Source of the DNA: Verrucomicrobiota bacterium
GTDB taxonomy: Bacteria; Verrucomicrobiota; Verrucomicrobiia; Verrucomicrobiales; DEV007
Direction of reading: 5' to 3'
Length of the DNA: 60,096 bases
NCBI GenBank assembly: GCA_045046875.1
Contig: JASFYY010000006.1
Coordinates: 1 to 60,096, forward strand
Position numbers and translations under genes: made by a program. Below, piece by piece: positions 52,701 to 60,096 of this stretch. The first letter of the stretch is position 1, and every line of letters starts with the position of its first letter. Below the pieces are notes generated by a model. That model saw only the letters and a list, made by a program, of their open reading frames with translations, had not been told where the DNA came from and did not search any database.

Positions 52701-53735
52701 CACAAAATTAACCGCAAAAGGGAAGCCTCTTCCCGCCGTTTCAGTAACTATCTCAACTGATCGCTGAACGGACAAACCTGCCAGTGCGAGACAAGGCAGC
52801 GCACCTTCTTTTGCAACGGCTTCAGCAAAGTCAGGGTATTGAGTGATGTTGGCCATCGCCCCTTGAAAAAAAGGGTAACGACTCCCCACCTTGAGCGCAG
52901 CAGGACTGGCTTCTGGAAAACAGCTTTGGTTAACAATTTCCCTAGGGGATAAATTGTAGAGCTTTAAATACTCGAGTGTTTTATCCCGCCATTTATGATC
53001 CCACAGATCACTCTTTTCCGAAGCCCAATACCCCTGCTCAAAACTGGTTTTTAAAAACGATCCGGGTTCTTTCTGTTGTTGCTGCCGGTAGGCGATCGCT
53101 TCAGGGGTTCCTCCGGCAAAGGCCAGTCTGACAATGTTATTGCCTCCCAACGAAAATCTCACAGTTTTGTCTCTTGCTCCAGAACTGAACTGATCTGCCG
53201 ATAAGACAATCCCCGAAACGCCCAAGGCCAGGTAGGTTTGAAAAAGAGCGAATCCCGTCGCACCATGAATGTAAAACGGATGACAACTTTCAGACTTCAA
53301 CAGCTGATAGATAATGAAAGCCGACGACTCCTTACTTGGGCCCGGAGCCTCAAAACTCCTCCCTATCAGCAAACTACACGAAAGCCGGTTGGCAGCTTCC
53401 AGGTCAGCACGGTTCGCCACCTCTATAGCTATGCCCGCATTATGCTCTGGTAAAGAGCCTCCTTTAAGATCAATCAGATGACTGATAATGACGGGCAAAT
53501 GATCGAGCTGATGAGCCGCCAACGCATCAATCAAAGAAAGATCATAGATCCGCAACACTGGATTTTTTTCATTCGGATGAATGGATAATTTATCCAAATC
53601 CCCCCGATCAAAAACATTCCAAATCCTCCCAGCTTGAGCATGCTCGCAAGGTTGATGCTGCCCTTCACTCGAAAGACCTATGACATCATCAAGAAGAACA
53701 GGAGGAAATTGTTTAGATGGATTCATTTTCTTCAT
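43719..53735 (-). CDS. Type I PKS/NRPS-like megasynthase: (flavin ER/NMO-like)x2-KS-AT-ACP*-KR-DH-PPTase-C-PCP-TE
   Basis: EGEEAGGH/FAGGI (FMN TIM barrel); DAACSSS, ECHATGT, ITGH (KS); GHSLGE, RAFHS (AT); LGIDTL (ACP); TGGARGI, YAAAN (KR); HHFYGTIYIP (DH); SISHS, VGVDVE, KEAVLK (PPTase); RHEVLR, FDLEKGPL, DHNIMD (C); FFELGGTSL (PCP); GWSAG, GDH (TE). Confidence 0.9.
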   Translation of the reverse strand: MKKMNPSKQFPPVLLDDVIGLSSEGQHQPCEHAQAGRIWNVFDRGDLDKLSIHPNEKNPVLRIYDLSLIDALAAHQLDHLPVIISHLIDLKGGSLPEHNAGIAIEVANRADLEAANRLSCSLLIGRSFEAPGPSKESSAFIIYQLLKSESCHPFYIHGATGFALFQTYLALGVSGIVLSADQFSSGARDKTVRFSLGGNNIVRLAFAGGTPEAIAYRQQQQKEPGSFLKTSFEQGYWASEKSDLWDHKWRDKTLEYLKLYNLSPREIVNQSCFPEASPAALKVGSRYPFFQGAMANITQYPDFAEAVAKEGALPCLALAGLSVQRSVEIVTETAGRGFPFAVNFVALSLSSEDLESLIGLFEETRPAYVVISAPQLDHVNRLLKTDLEVAVHAPNRAMFKVLFDMGCRNFIIEGEEAGGHTSNVGGLSAWQGVLEEIRDRNLQDKVHLIFAGGIYDRRAADLLSGLLYFYGLEKDLMVSLQLGTAYLSTVEAVEFTGLPDAYRQTIISGEDTVITGESVHRNVRQMVTTHSTDLLEKEWSIFSSELELGEKKKAYERLYRGGLKLAVGSEQFEEDGSYMAGAVSTLLLEVMTIEQLHEGLVQEPSIEQERTFEPIAIVGIGSILPGSNNVTEHFNNILLKRCFITDTPDSIWERSVYLEPGSDESDTSYSGIAGLPEEVDSDLTAFRIPPSVSDEMSQLQIVTLKCAQQALQDAGYYKRPFPKNRVGAVIGAAKVASVDLYDKLVWRKIRARLDDLIKEGSYDAESVKSLIDDYEEEFNQFEITADTILGGNPSLAVSRLASVFDFQGLTNAIDAACSSSLAAIGNAITLLQERRCDVVISGGVGTGTGAEEFIGFSRIQALSSKGSFPFDERADGFVIGAGGTLFVLKRYEDAIRNGDEIYALIRGWGAANDGTGKGIAAPDFEGQTRCLNDAYVNSGIDPLDVDFLECHATGTPVGDAEERKTVAEFFGKDRLQKKLSPLVLGGSKAITGHVRSGAGAVGMLSGIFAINQRCVPPQVNFEQAPEGVCLEDLGLHVAKRPEAIVNEEIISGISSFGFGGINYHAVLSSSPRNQRKALVDVERANYLSFPELTSDVAYVFPGQGAQFAGMLHEFKDCPEVAHLLKKADEIYQEISGSLLSPILLELPSVDVETEKEQMDSLLSTEVSQPAIFLSSVVMLEWIRQQGGARPGLVLGHSLGEYAALYAAGILGFEDAFTLVCLRGQLMSAARSAEAGAMIAIEAGERVAQSLIDQVDGYATCANLNEYRQTVISGEQSAIDAIEKIARQAGMKAFPLNVSRAFHSKLVGDCVEPIRKQLESIDFKQSETPVLACLSRESFPVGGESGASMGQDDRLRVISLLSRQIDHPVDFISQINAAYENGIRRFVEVGSKGTLTRLIDQILENKPFQTVFLNQVDTDTLQQIEQLPGKLKQAVEIKRQPAPVSSKDRRPSKKKAVAEPAEKKMSLIDQVFETVSSISGYELAAIDKDAEFERDLGIDTLKIFEILSRLRGDILPQEIENFRELTSVQKILMVAESYSSSTEEKTAGTGSSIGWYKHKMVQTATLSAKTPLMTGGDFGIDRLELPYSGDKHQLVLMRPLLSSMRSAGEELLPELHQKIVFLAGLPDGQRPSHVHVMTYCPADRFYDGAFFALEAMLKVAQLDVPGIRFSYAHFDGDCISEEEMRRILSRVEDLPDTGKHVRKDGSITQGRLFPLNGLFGSEDRLPDLLTTDDLVLITGGARGIAAGIARHLIEVTTARFILVGRKQETESWIQALPDDRVSYRVADLTDPESIQALALHKERVSLLIHAAGIEVPANLVKKSAKEFALTMATKVLSLDDILSKLDTDNLRGVVQFSSIAAYRGNYGQADYAAANALLNGTLEGGIPALSIAWPAWSEVGMASRGVIKEILETSGAAFISPQEGREVFEKLLTGLLLSPPRGTTRFVASGKLAGPYMTSYQGEDRFDGANSIAPYRLSDPDQKISTAFKLDLDRVPALREHHFYGTIYIPAAVMLREIVRLVIDEQREAGDLVEFSSIEFLSPISVAGDTQQQLHFSRQNDFVLLEMEEDGGSRPIVSLKLGVGKKAACFREDDLDLLAAMRSSSELRATPFSIHRLNLKNSEESSFRGAFATLDELQYNGYIVTSNVDMSLAAQQGMILSDTGRVPLLLEAAFQTASRWKQFGINTRHLFMPKQVGRCTIDYQACAQAREAKVYCQFVKTDEVNKARTLNIIVVNENEEALIILKGFVTSPTSIREPLCIHTIPQGVPLLIHHSDLLTLSLPQAYQYAEDNRNSIITEKEGVEIVALSSDKRRKEKFAGKLATKLLAQHLLAKEGQPQQVPLDSIEVFSEGSPVSVDFHAAQLEGDSFFSISHSEDLVCVARNKQPVGVDVEKIRALPAKVVTDCCGAKLEEEIRAYITDGNFCEQDRDFLKQALPILIFTQKEAVLKAAGIGIGEGLSDVRIEGIHVQLPFIATFRGLSYEVTSTHDRQYVISVANLAEEDSVREETSREIEVIKQVPLSFLQQDCLRRDGLLRPDEKFSYTLDLRIQFEGEFYADVLQQALDVVFGRHEVLRMVFKKQEDHYVGCILKLPEVSLERVEVSDEVSLTESMRRHARVKFDLEKGPLFKATLFCLGENHKQVQLVIDHNIMDCFCALILAREITGVYQELALGNEVARGAPSSYEDFVRRESARNTPQRVASLQRYWSRTFRGLDADQLALPAVAGITDSEKRSAEPRGHFIKQKLDSDLAKGLDQTCRQTGVTLFAGLLAAVQSALMKDSGKGQGLVHIPFSNRDRVLDGGATGNYICLLPIRAEIGKDEVYQDLMKAQRATLFDAIGHGDIAPAELAALLRKETQLSCSPPAVICQLIQEENDPEQDQGQEFIYSVIDGMNPYTSLVLSFYADPGGIRCVTTFNPDLVDENTVEGILQRCWVELQRMVADPLQAVAAPTVLEIGEGGFEAEKLKGGESSLLSQTESKASIEVNREQVVDQVLVIWQYVLKGDYLMKADADFFELGGTSLQAVEIVTQVKEVFGLDLPLASFVEASTPALQAELILSREWEGGWQAAVALKASGNKAAFFCVHPSDGNVLCYAELASAMGEDRPFYGLQAKGLKGDEAPLREVEEMASYYIAAMREVQTEGLYHIGGWSAGGVIAFEMAQQLRAMGEEVNLIVIDAIFPQQAGDQQVDSGTTGTLGQEAEAARQRQVLLGDDPSPVPESYPQGQTLRAIWDTASARYQPKIYPGRITLVTSESYEQRKQFFISRLKLQIKRGNLVRAARVLSFLEMVESQGPSTWQQVAGNGLEILPTSGDHHSLLYEENCRDLARHLMRCMDVAEMS

Positions 53736-54567
53736 GCTCCTCTGCCATCCGCCTAGCCCGGTGCTGTTCCAGAATCACCCCATAATTACCAGGATTCCTG
53801 CGCGCAACCATGTCAAAAAAACGAGCATCCTCACCTATCAATACCCGGGTCGCCTTATTTTTAATTCCCTCGATGATCACATCAGCAGCTTCCGCTGCTG
53901 TGGTTCTCACCACTTTCTCTAGCTGCTCACTCAGTTGATCTAAACTCGTCCTATCCTGACCCCCTCCGCTTAGGTGGGTGTTTCTCACTAAATTGGTTTT
54001 TACCCCTCCCGGGAATACCACCGTCACAGTGACCGAAGTATCACGTAACTCTTGCCTGATAGCTTCACTAAACCCCCGCACCGCAAACTTGCTCGTTGAA
54101 TAAGCCGTCTGCAGCGCTTTTGCGGTTAATCCATAAACACTGGAAACATTAACCAAACTAGCTTCGGCTTGTTTTAATAAATGAGGAATGAACGCTTTGC
54201 TTCCATTCACTACTCCCCATAAATTAACATTCATCACTCTTTCAAAATCATCATATTCCAGTTCCTCTATGCCCAAAGGCTCCATCACCATGCCGGCATT
54301 GTTGATCACCAAATCAACCGAACCGTATTGATTTAGCACCGTCTCGGCAAACTCATGCACCGCCCCACGATTGGCCACATCAAAGCAGCCAACGCAGACC
54401 TCCCCGCCTTGCTCACGGATTTCACGGCCGGTCTGACTTAAGGCATCTTCATCTATATCGGCTATGGCCACCTTTGCCCCCTCCCCAGCCAATCGAAACG
54501 CCAAAGATCGACCGATCCCCGAACCGGCACCTGTAATCACTGCTATTTTGTTTTCAAAAGACTTCAT
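53713..54567 (-). CDS. Short-chain dehydrogenase/reductase, overlapping the PKS start
   Basis: TGAGSGIG, NNAG, NVSS, YSTSK. Confidence 0.92.
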   Translation of the reverse strand: MKSFENKIAVITGAGSGIGRSLAFRLAGEGAKVAIADIDEDALSQTGREIREQGGEVCVGCFDVANRGAVHEFAETVLNQYGSVDLVINNAGMVMEPLGIEELEYDDFERVMNVNLWGVVNGSKAFIPHLLKQAEASLVNVSSVYGLTAKALQTAYSTSKFAVRGFSEAIRQELRDTSVTVTVVFPGGVKTNLVRNTHLSGGGQDRTSLDQLSEQLEKVVRTTAAEAADVIIEGIKNKATRVLIGEDARFFDMVARRNPGNYGVILEQHRARRMAEEHEENESI

Positions 54568-54704
54568 GCTCTCAAGCTTCTGGAAGATTGCCTCAAAACA
54601 GCCCTTCCATCAAGCCCGTATAACAACACTTCCCCGCCAACAGCTGCAGGACAAAAAAGTTAGCCATTGGCTATTGAAAGCTAGCTTATCACACATCAAC
54701 ATCA

Positions 54705-55158
54705 TTTCGCTCGTAGCCTCCGGCTGTCTACGCTACGCTCCGGCTCAGGGCTGGTAATAAAACCGATTTAACCCCAGCGCTTCGCACTGGGCTATCACAT
54801 TTTGTCCTTACAGGACAGTTTGCTTTCATCTCTTTTGCACCAACGGCGCTCAATGGCATAGCCCGAACCTCTTTTGCACCAACGGTGCTCAATGGCATAA
54901 CCCGGACCTCTTTTGCACCAACGGTGCTCAATGGCATAACCCGGACCTCTTTTGCACCAACGGTGCTCAATGGCATAACCTGGGGACCTCTTTTGCACCA
55001 ACGGTGCTCAATGGCATAACCTGGGGACCTCTTTTGCACCAACGGTGCTCAATGGCATAACCCGGGGACCCTCTTTTGCACCAACGGTGCTCAATGATAT
55101 AGCCCAGTGCGAAGCGCTGGGTAAAAAATCCAATTCTTCCAGCCCTGCAAGGGCGAAA
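54705..55158. repeat. REP-like element: 7 tandem 39-42-bp hairpin units enclosed by nested inverted repeats
   Basis: gcaccaacggtgc-type hairpins at 54837, 54876, 54915, 54954, 54995, 55036, 55078; perfect 23-bp IR 54773-54795/55099-55121; outer cagggctgg/ccagccctg. Confidence 0.95.
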
Positions 55159-55211
55159 CTCATAGCGGTCAGCAGCTTAACTATTTTGTCTTACCCCCCC
55201 GCCAAGCCAGC

Positions 55212-56108
55212 TCAAAAACAAATCCCCTCCATTCCCTCTGCCATACTCTGCCAGTCATTTTTTGCCGCTAGTCCATAAATACGCACATCTTCCTCCTTAG
55301 CTCTTTTTTGCGCCCCTTTCAGCAAAACCTCTGATCGTTGCAAAATGCCACTCAACACCCACCGCTTCTGTTGCGGGGTTAACTCCGCCTTCAGCATCAA
55401 ATCCAGCAATGCCATCACCCGGAAACGATCCATCGCAGGCAGCGTAAAAGACAACTGATCCCCATGCCCGCCATGACGAGTCACCAAGGGCCCCGCGTCC
55501 CCCTTCACCAACCCCACCGGCTCATTCAGCGCCAATCGCAACCACAACTCATAGTCCTCACATACCCGGTAACGCTCATCAAAACCACCCAGGTGCTGCC
55601 ACAGCTTTTGCGACATCATCACACAAGACGGACTGATACAGCACACCCGCACGCAGTTCTCAAAAATCACCCCCTCGGGCTGCGCTTGATTGGCTTTTTT
55701 ATTAAAGGGTCGACCATTTCTCACCCACTGCTCTTCACATTGGGAAATTTCAATGCCCGCGTGGCCAGCGTGCCAGTCCACCTGCTGTTGCAACTTCTCC
55801 ACCTCCCACACATCATCCGAATCCAAAAAAGCCAGCCAATCTGATTTCACCATCTGCGCTCCGGCGTTCCTCGCGCCCGCCGGCCCCACATTTTTAGTCA
55901 GAGACAGCCAGTGATGCCCGGCGCCCTCCACCAGATCCCTCACTTCAGGCAAGTCTAGCTGTGAAGCATCATCCACCACCACCAAGTCAAAATCCCGAAA
56001 GCTCTGAGCCAGTACACTCTTCACTGCGCGTAGCAACATCTCCGGACGATCCCGCACTGGAATCACCACCGTCACTCTCCCAACTGAGATCTCTTGCGCC
56101 ATCATCAC
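55212..56108 (-). CDS. Glycosyltransferase family 2
   Basis: VVIPVRDR, VVVDDAS, GARNAG, FLDSDD, GGFDE, CEDYELW. Confidence 0.9.
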   Translation of the reverse strand: MMMAQEISVGRVTVVIPVRDRPEMLLRAVKSVLAQSFRDFDLVVVDDASQLDLPEVRDLVEGAGHHWLSLTKNVGPAGARNAGAQMVKSDWLAFLDSDDVWEVEKLQQQVDWHAGHAGIEISQCEEQWVRNGRPFNKKANQAQPEGVIFENCVRVCCISPSCVMMSQKLWQHLGGFDERYRVCEDYELWLRLALNEPVGLVKGDAGPLVTRHGGHGDQLSFTLPAMDRFRVMALLDLMLKAELTPQQKRWVLSGILQRSEVLLKGAQKRAKEEDVRIYGLAAKNDWQSMAEGMEGICF

Positions 56109-56189
56109 TTAAATCAATGTTTTTAAAATTTTAATCAATTTACAGGAAAACACAATTCTTGTTATACCTACATCTTAGCCAAAAATTTT

Positions 56190-59100
56190 ATGCACCCGAT
56201 TCTTCCTTCTTTTTTCCTCCTCGGCGTTTTTCTCTTCGTATATTATAAGCTGCGTGCCCAGCTAAATAATCTAAAAGACAATATAGAGAATCACGATTCA
56301 ACCCACCAAAAACTACAGGATTCCAACCGCGCACTCAAAATCGAACTGAAACGCATCGAGCAACGCATGGATCGGCTTGATCCTAAAACCGACAACCAGG
56401 CCGAAGCTACAACCTTCCCCCGGCAAGATCCGGAACCGATAGCTGAGGAAAAAATCAAACCAATAGAAAAATCCCCCACCCGCAAAACTTTTTTCCCACC
56501 CCCTTTACCTCCAAGTGTTGCCACAGTCAGCAAAACCACCACTGACCAACCACCATCCTCAAAGGCGACCAACGAAGCGGCAGAACAAACCGTTCCCCCA
56601 AGCGAAACCACAAGCTCCTTTTTCGACCGCATCCCCTGGCGCGCCATTCTCGAACGCCTGCACCTTTGGCCGCCCAGCAAAGCTGAGACCGGTGAAAGCG
56701 CCGAAACCCAACTGGCTTCTTGGTGGGCGATTCGTGGAGGACTGATCCTGGTTATCATCGGAGCAGTTTTTTCCGGTATCTATGTCAGTCTGCACACCCC
56801 ACCCATTTTACGGGTATTAGCCCTGTTGCTGGTATCCTCCGGCACCGTCTTTCTCGGCACTCGGATGAAAGAGCCCATGGTGGAATTCGGACGCGCCATC
56901 ACCGCCGGGGGTTTTGCCCTGCTCTACTTCACTGCCTTCGCCGCCTTTGCCCTTCCCGCAACCAAAGTCATCGATTCTCCGTCGCTGGGCATCCTGGCTC
57001 AGGTTGCAGCCCTTTTCATCACCATTGCCTGGTCTTTATGGAAAAAAGATCAAAGCATCGCCAGCTTAACCTTGTTATTAGGTTTTGTATCCTGCGCTTT
57101 TTCCCACTCCTACGACCTCGATCGTTTTGCCTTGATCGGACTTGTCCTGTTGGCGGCCACCGGAGCTTTTCTTTTTGCCCAGCGAGCCTGGCTCATCACT
57201 TTCATCATATCCTTACTCGGTTCATGGATTTGTTATGCAGCGTTCATCCTGCTCGACTGGCGCAGCGACGACGCTCCTTCTTTCATCATTTTCCTTAGTG
57301 CGCTGATTGCCCTGACGGTTATTTTTGAAAGCAGCAACCTGGTCGCCATCGCTCGAAAAATCCACCCACTCAGCGATCGCTGGCGGCGCTGGATCATCCT
57401 CAGCAATACCTCCGTCGCTGCCTTGCTCGCTTACGCCCTCACCCGTTTGATCTATCCCGACCAGCTCTCCACTTTCTATTTCATTTTTGCCCTGCTGTAT
57501 TTCTCCTTCACCCTGATTCACTACTTTCGTTCCACCGACCAAGCGCTCACGGAAACGCTTTTTCTCAAAAGCAGTGCGCTGCTCTGTCTCGGTTTTGCTT
57601 CCGCTTTCGACGGCCCCGTGCGCTGGTTGGCGATCGCCTTCCAAAGCTTCGCCCTCTTGTGGACCGCCCGCCGTAGTCACTCACGTTGGATCGCGCTGGG
57701 ATTTGCCTTGGTTTTTGTCGCCTCCGTCGGCTGGTTCTGGCGCGACCTCATTCTGATCGATCGCAACAACTGGTTGTGGATCGATACCTTCCGTATCGCT
57801 GGATTTTGTTATCTACTATTTCTCACTGTCCAGCTAAGCCTTCACTCCTATTGGTTCCCTTCAGGTATCGCTACCGTCAAGGATCAACTCCGGCAAACAC
57901 AGCAGATTCGCCTGGCAGGAGCCCTATTGATCGGCGTTTCGGCCATTGCCTTCGCCCTAAACCCATCCACTCGGGGCATCACCGATCCCATCTGGTTCAT
58001 GCTGCTGCTTTCGCTCGGCCTTGCAGCCCTCTCCCCGCTGATGCGCCAAGCTTTGCCCTGTTTTGCCGCCATCCCGCCACTGTTTTTCAGCTATCTCACC
58101 TACGCTTTCCTCTCATCAAGAACCAGTCAAAGCACCGCGGCCCTTTTGCTAGGCACCACCTTGATAGCTCTCTCATTTGCTATCGTCATAATCACGCGCC
58201 GCTACTGGCCTCAGAACCGCAAAGGTGAAATGCTCAGTCGTAATCTCTCACTCACCACCGGATTGGCAATACTCTTACCCTTCACCTACGCGCTCACAAA
58301 AAGGCTCTCCATCTCTCAAGATGCCGCCCTCGTTGTATTTGCCCTGATCCCTCTGCTTGCTACAGCTGCCCTGATGCTCCGCCATAGCAACAGCTCCGTC
58401 GGCCTCAAGGCCCGGGCATCCACTGCTTTCCCCATCATATGCGGACTGATCGTGCTCTTTGGCTCACTCAGCATCAGCTCCAGAGCGGATTACCTTCCTG
58501 CAGCCCTCGCGCTTTCCAGCCTACCCCTGCTCGCTACTTTGTTCCGCATCCACTCCAGTAAAACGGCCTTTGCCGGTGCCATCCCTCTTCTGGGTAGCTA
58601 TTTTTTCCTCTGCAAAAACCTACTCGAAACACCCGCCGCATCCATCAACCATGATGCCGCCAATCTCGTCATCATCGTAATAAGCAGTCTGACCATCACC
58701 ACTCTGTTTTGGGAAAAATGCACCGATTTGGCTAAGCAAAAACTTTCTATCCAAAGCGAAACCCTGATCCACGGATTGGCCCTTTTTGCCATTCATCTGT
58801 TCCTGCAAAAACACCTAGGCGAAGGCCCTGACTTTTTCGCCTCCAGCCTGCTCGGTCTCGGACTGCTAATCGTCAGCCGACGCTTCCCTTTCCGGACGCT
58901 CTCCGCACTGTCCTGGATCCCTATCGTCTTTGCAATTTTCTCCGCCCTGAAAAATGGAAACTGGGAAGGCGTATCCACCGGTCAAAATTGGTTCTTAATG
59001 GCTGGACTGACAACCCTCGCCCATGTCCTACTAGGCAATTATTGGATCCAAAAAAGCACGCAAGCACCATCCACCTTTGTCACCGATACCCTGTGGTTGC

Positions 59101-59768
59101 AGATCTCCCCACTCACCTCCTTTATCGCCCTGGGTTCATGGCTACTAGTCGTGCTCGCTGCCACCCCGGATCCCTGGCAGGCCGCCGCGCTCGGAGCAGT
59201 CGCCTTACTTTATTCTGCCCTCTGGTCATGGAAAAAAATCGATTCACTCGGACCCCTCTCTTTAGCACCACTGGTTTTAGCCTCCGGTTTCAGTTTTAAT
59301 CTCATGTTAAGCGGCAACAGCCTGAACCCCTTGCAAGACTTATTCAGTATCCTGATCAGCGCCTGCGCCTTCCTCCTCAACGGCATCATTCTCGCTAATG
59401 CCCAGCGCCATCTACTAAAACAAAAAATCACCGATTCCTCCATCCTACCCTGGCTGCATGCCTCTGCCGTCCTGCTCATCACTTTCACCGCTTGCGCTTC
59501 CGATTTCCTCGTCAGCGAAAAACTCACGGCAGTGTTCTGGGGCATCGCCGCCATCGTGGTTTTTATCAGCGGACTATTCGCCGGCCTGCGCGCCTACCGT
59601 CTCACCGGACTCATCGGCCTGCTGTTCTGCATTGCCCATATCTTCATCTGGGACATCCAAGACACCCTCTACCGCATCCTATCCTTTTTTGCCATCGGTC
59701 TGGTGATGCTCATCATCGCCTACCTCTACAACAAATTCCGCGACCGCATCGCCGCCATGGATTCTTAG
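56190..59768 (+). CDS. DUF2339-like polytopic membrane protein
   Basis: N-terminal TM and coiled coil, Pro-rich linker, E..LASWW..RGG, GGFALLYFTAFAA, many TM helices, C-terminal YRILSFFAIGLVMLIIAYLYNK. Confidence 0.8.
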   Translation: MHPILPSFFLLGVFLFVYYKLRAQLNNLKDNIENHDSTHQKLQDSNRALKIELKRIEQRMDRLDPKTDNQAEATTFPRQDPEPIAEEKIKPIEKSPTRKTFFPPPLPPSVATVSKTTTDQPPSSKATNEAAEQTVPPSETTSSFFDRIPWRAILERLHLWPPSKAETGESAETQLASWWAIRGGLILVIIGAVFSGIYVSLHTPPILRVLALLLVSSGTVFLGTRMKEPMVEFGRAITAGGFALLYFTAFAAFALPATKVIDSPSLGILAQVAALFITIAWSLWKKDQSIASLTLLLGFVSCAFSHSYDLDRFALIGLVLLAATGAFLFAQRAWLITFIISLLGSWICYAAFILLDWRSDDAPSFIIFLSALIALTVIFESSNLVAIARKIHPLSDRWRRWIILSNTSVAALLAYALTRLIYPDQLSTFYFIFALLYFSFTLIHYFRSTDQALTETLFLKSSALLCLGFASAFDGPVRWLAIAFQSFALLWTARRSHSRWIALGFALVFVASVGWFWRDLILIDRNNWLWIDTFRIAGFCYLLFLTVQLSLHSYWFPSGIATVKDQLRQTQQIRLAGALLIGVSAIAFALNPSTRGITDPIWFMLLLSLGLAALSPLMRQALPCFAAIPPLFFSYLTYAFLSSRTSQSTAALLLGTTLIALSFAIVIITRRYWPQNRKGEMLSRNLSLTTGLAILLPFTYALTKRLSISQDAALVVFALIPLLATAALMLRHSNSSVGLKARASTAFPIICGLIVLFGSLSISSRADYLPAALALSSLPLLATLFRIHSSKTAFAGAIPLLGSYFFLCKNLLETPAASINHDAANLVIIVISSLTITTLFWEKCTDLAKQKLSIQSETLIHGLALFAIHLFLQKHLGEGPDFFASSLLGLGLLIVSRRFPFRTLSALSWIPIVFAIFSALKNGNWEGVSTGQNWFLMAGLTTLAHVLLGNYWIQKSTQAPSTFVTDTLWLQISPLTSFIALGSWLLVVLAATPDPWQAAALGAVALLYSALWSWKKIDSLGPLSLAPLVLASGFSFNLMLSGNSLNPLQDLFSILISACAFLLNGIILANAQRHLLKQKITDSSILPWLHASAVLLITFTACASDFLVSEKLTAVFWGIAAIVVFISGLFAGLRAYRLTGLIGLLFCIAHIFIWDIQDTLYRILSFFAIGLVMLIIAYLYNKFRDRIAAMDS

Positions 59769-59814
59769 CGCCCCTGCAGATCCCCCCTTGCACCAGTTAC
59801 TTGAAGTTTGGAAA

Positions 59815-60096
59815 TCAGGAAGGCTTTTCCACCACCTTATTTTTCAAATCCCGCAACACCCGCAATTCCCCCCACTGCGCCCCCCGCATCTTCCTCCCCC
59901 CATCCTTCCGCCGCTCTCCAAAACACTCCCGCCGCCCCGCAAAAAACTCGTCCACAAATCCCTGACTCCCCAACACCGCCCCATCCGTAAAATACCGCAC
60001 TCGGCAGCGCAAAGCCGCCGCCAAAGGCAATTTCCCGCCCGCCTGCAACACCTCATCAATCTCCTCCCGCGTAAATCCCCCCTTACGCCGATCCAC
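59815..60096 (-). mobile_element. 3' end of a Y1/HUH (RAYT/IS200-like) transposase, truncated by the window edge
   Basis: LRCRVRYFTDGAVLGS..FVDEFF...FG.RRK.G.R.MRG..WG.L..LRDL, a C-terminus recognised from verrucomicrobial Y1 transposases; catalytic HUH/Tyr region lies outside the window. Confidence 0.6.

Noticed and set aside
43719..53735. Bona fide enediyne gene cluster
   Set aside because: No separate hotdog thioesterase or conserved E3/E4/E5-type neighbours; the extra ER-like and C-PCP-TE domains do not fit
54830..55095. CRISPR array or repeat-protein ORFs (54728-55042, 54795-55001)
   Set aside because: No spacers; unit lengths of 39/41/42 break the frame, so the ORFs are translations of a DNA repeat
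1..60096. rRNA or tRNA genes
   Set aside because: No recognisable rRNA segments or tRNA cloverleaf/T-loop signatures in the intergenic regions

Overview
Bacterial window, probably Verrucomicrobiota (inferred from gene content and the terminal transposase fragment). About 0.2-34.9 kb is a large mixed-orientation surface-polysaccharide locus. It contains a WbpA/B/D/E/I-type 2,3-diacetamido-uronic acid pathway, Bordetella WbmF- and WbmG/H-like SDRs, two AsnB-type amidotransferases, a CDP-sugar/C-methyltransferase cassette, methyltransferases and glycosyltransferases. Between 25.5 and 32.4 kb nearly every gene junction holds a member of one repeat family (GTCCACTAAGGGCACTAAGGAACACGAAG, usually paired as inverted arms). 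The family is expanded into a 6 x 47-bp tandem array beside a GxxExxY (PD-(D/E)XK-like) nuclease gene, whose last codons and stop are encoded by the repeat. It also brackets a VapBC module and carries a second 30-bp hairpin element at the same register seven times. The 35-43.7 kb region holds NUDIX, SufR-like regulator, GH16, sulfatase, FAD oxidoreductase and amidohydrolase genes with GTGG-type REP doublets. At 43.7-54.6 kb is an SDR and an unusual 3338-aa megasynthase: flavin ER-like x2-KS-AT-ACP(Ser->Thr)-KR-DH-PPTase-C-PCP-TE, with no A domain. The window ends with a REP tandem expansion, GT2, a DUF2339 membrane protein and the 3' end of a RAYT/Y1-like transposase. All family assignments come from motif recognition, not database searches.
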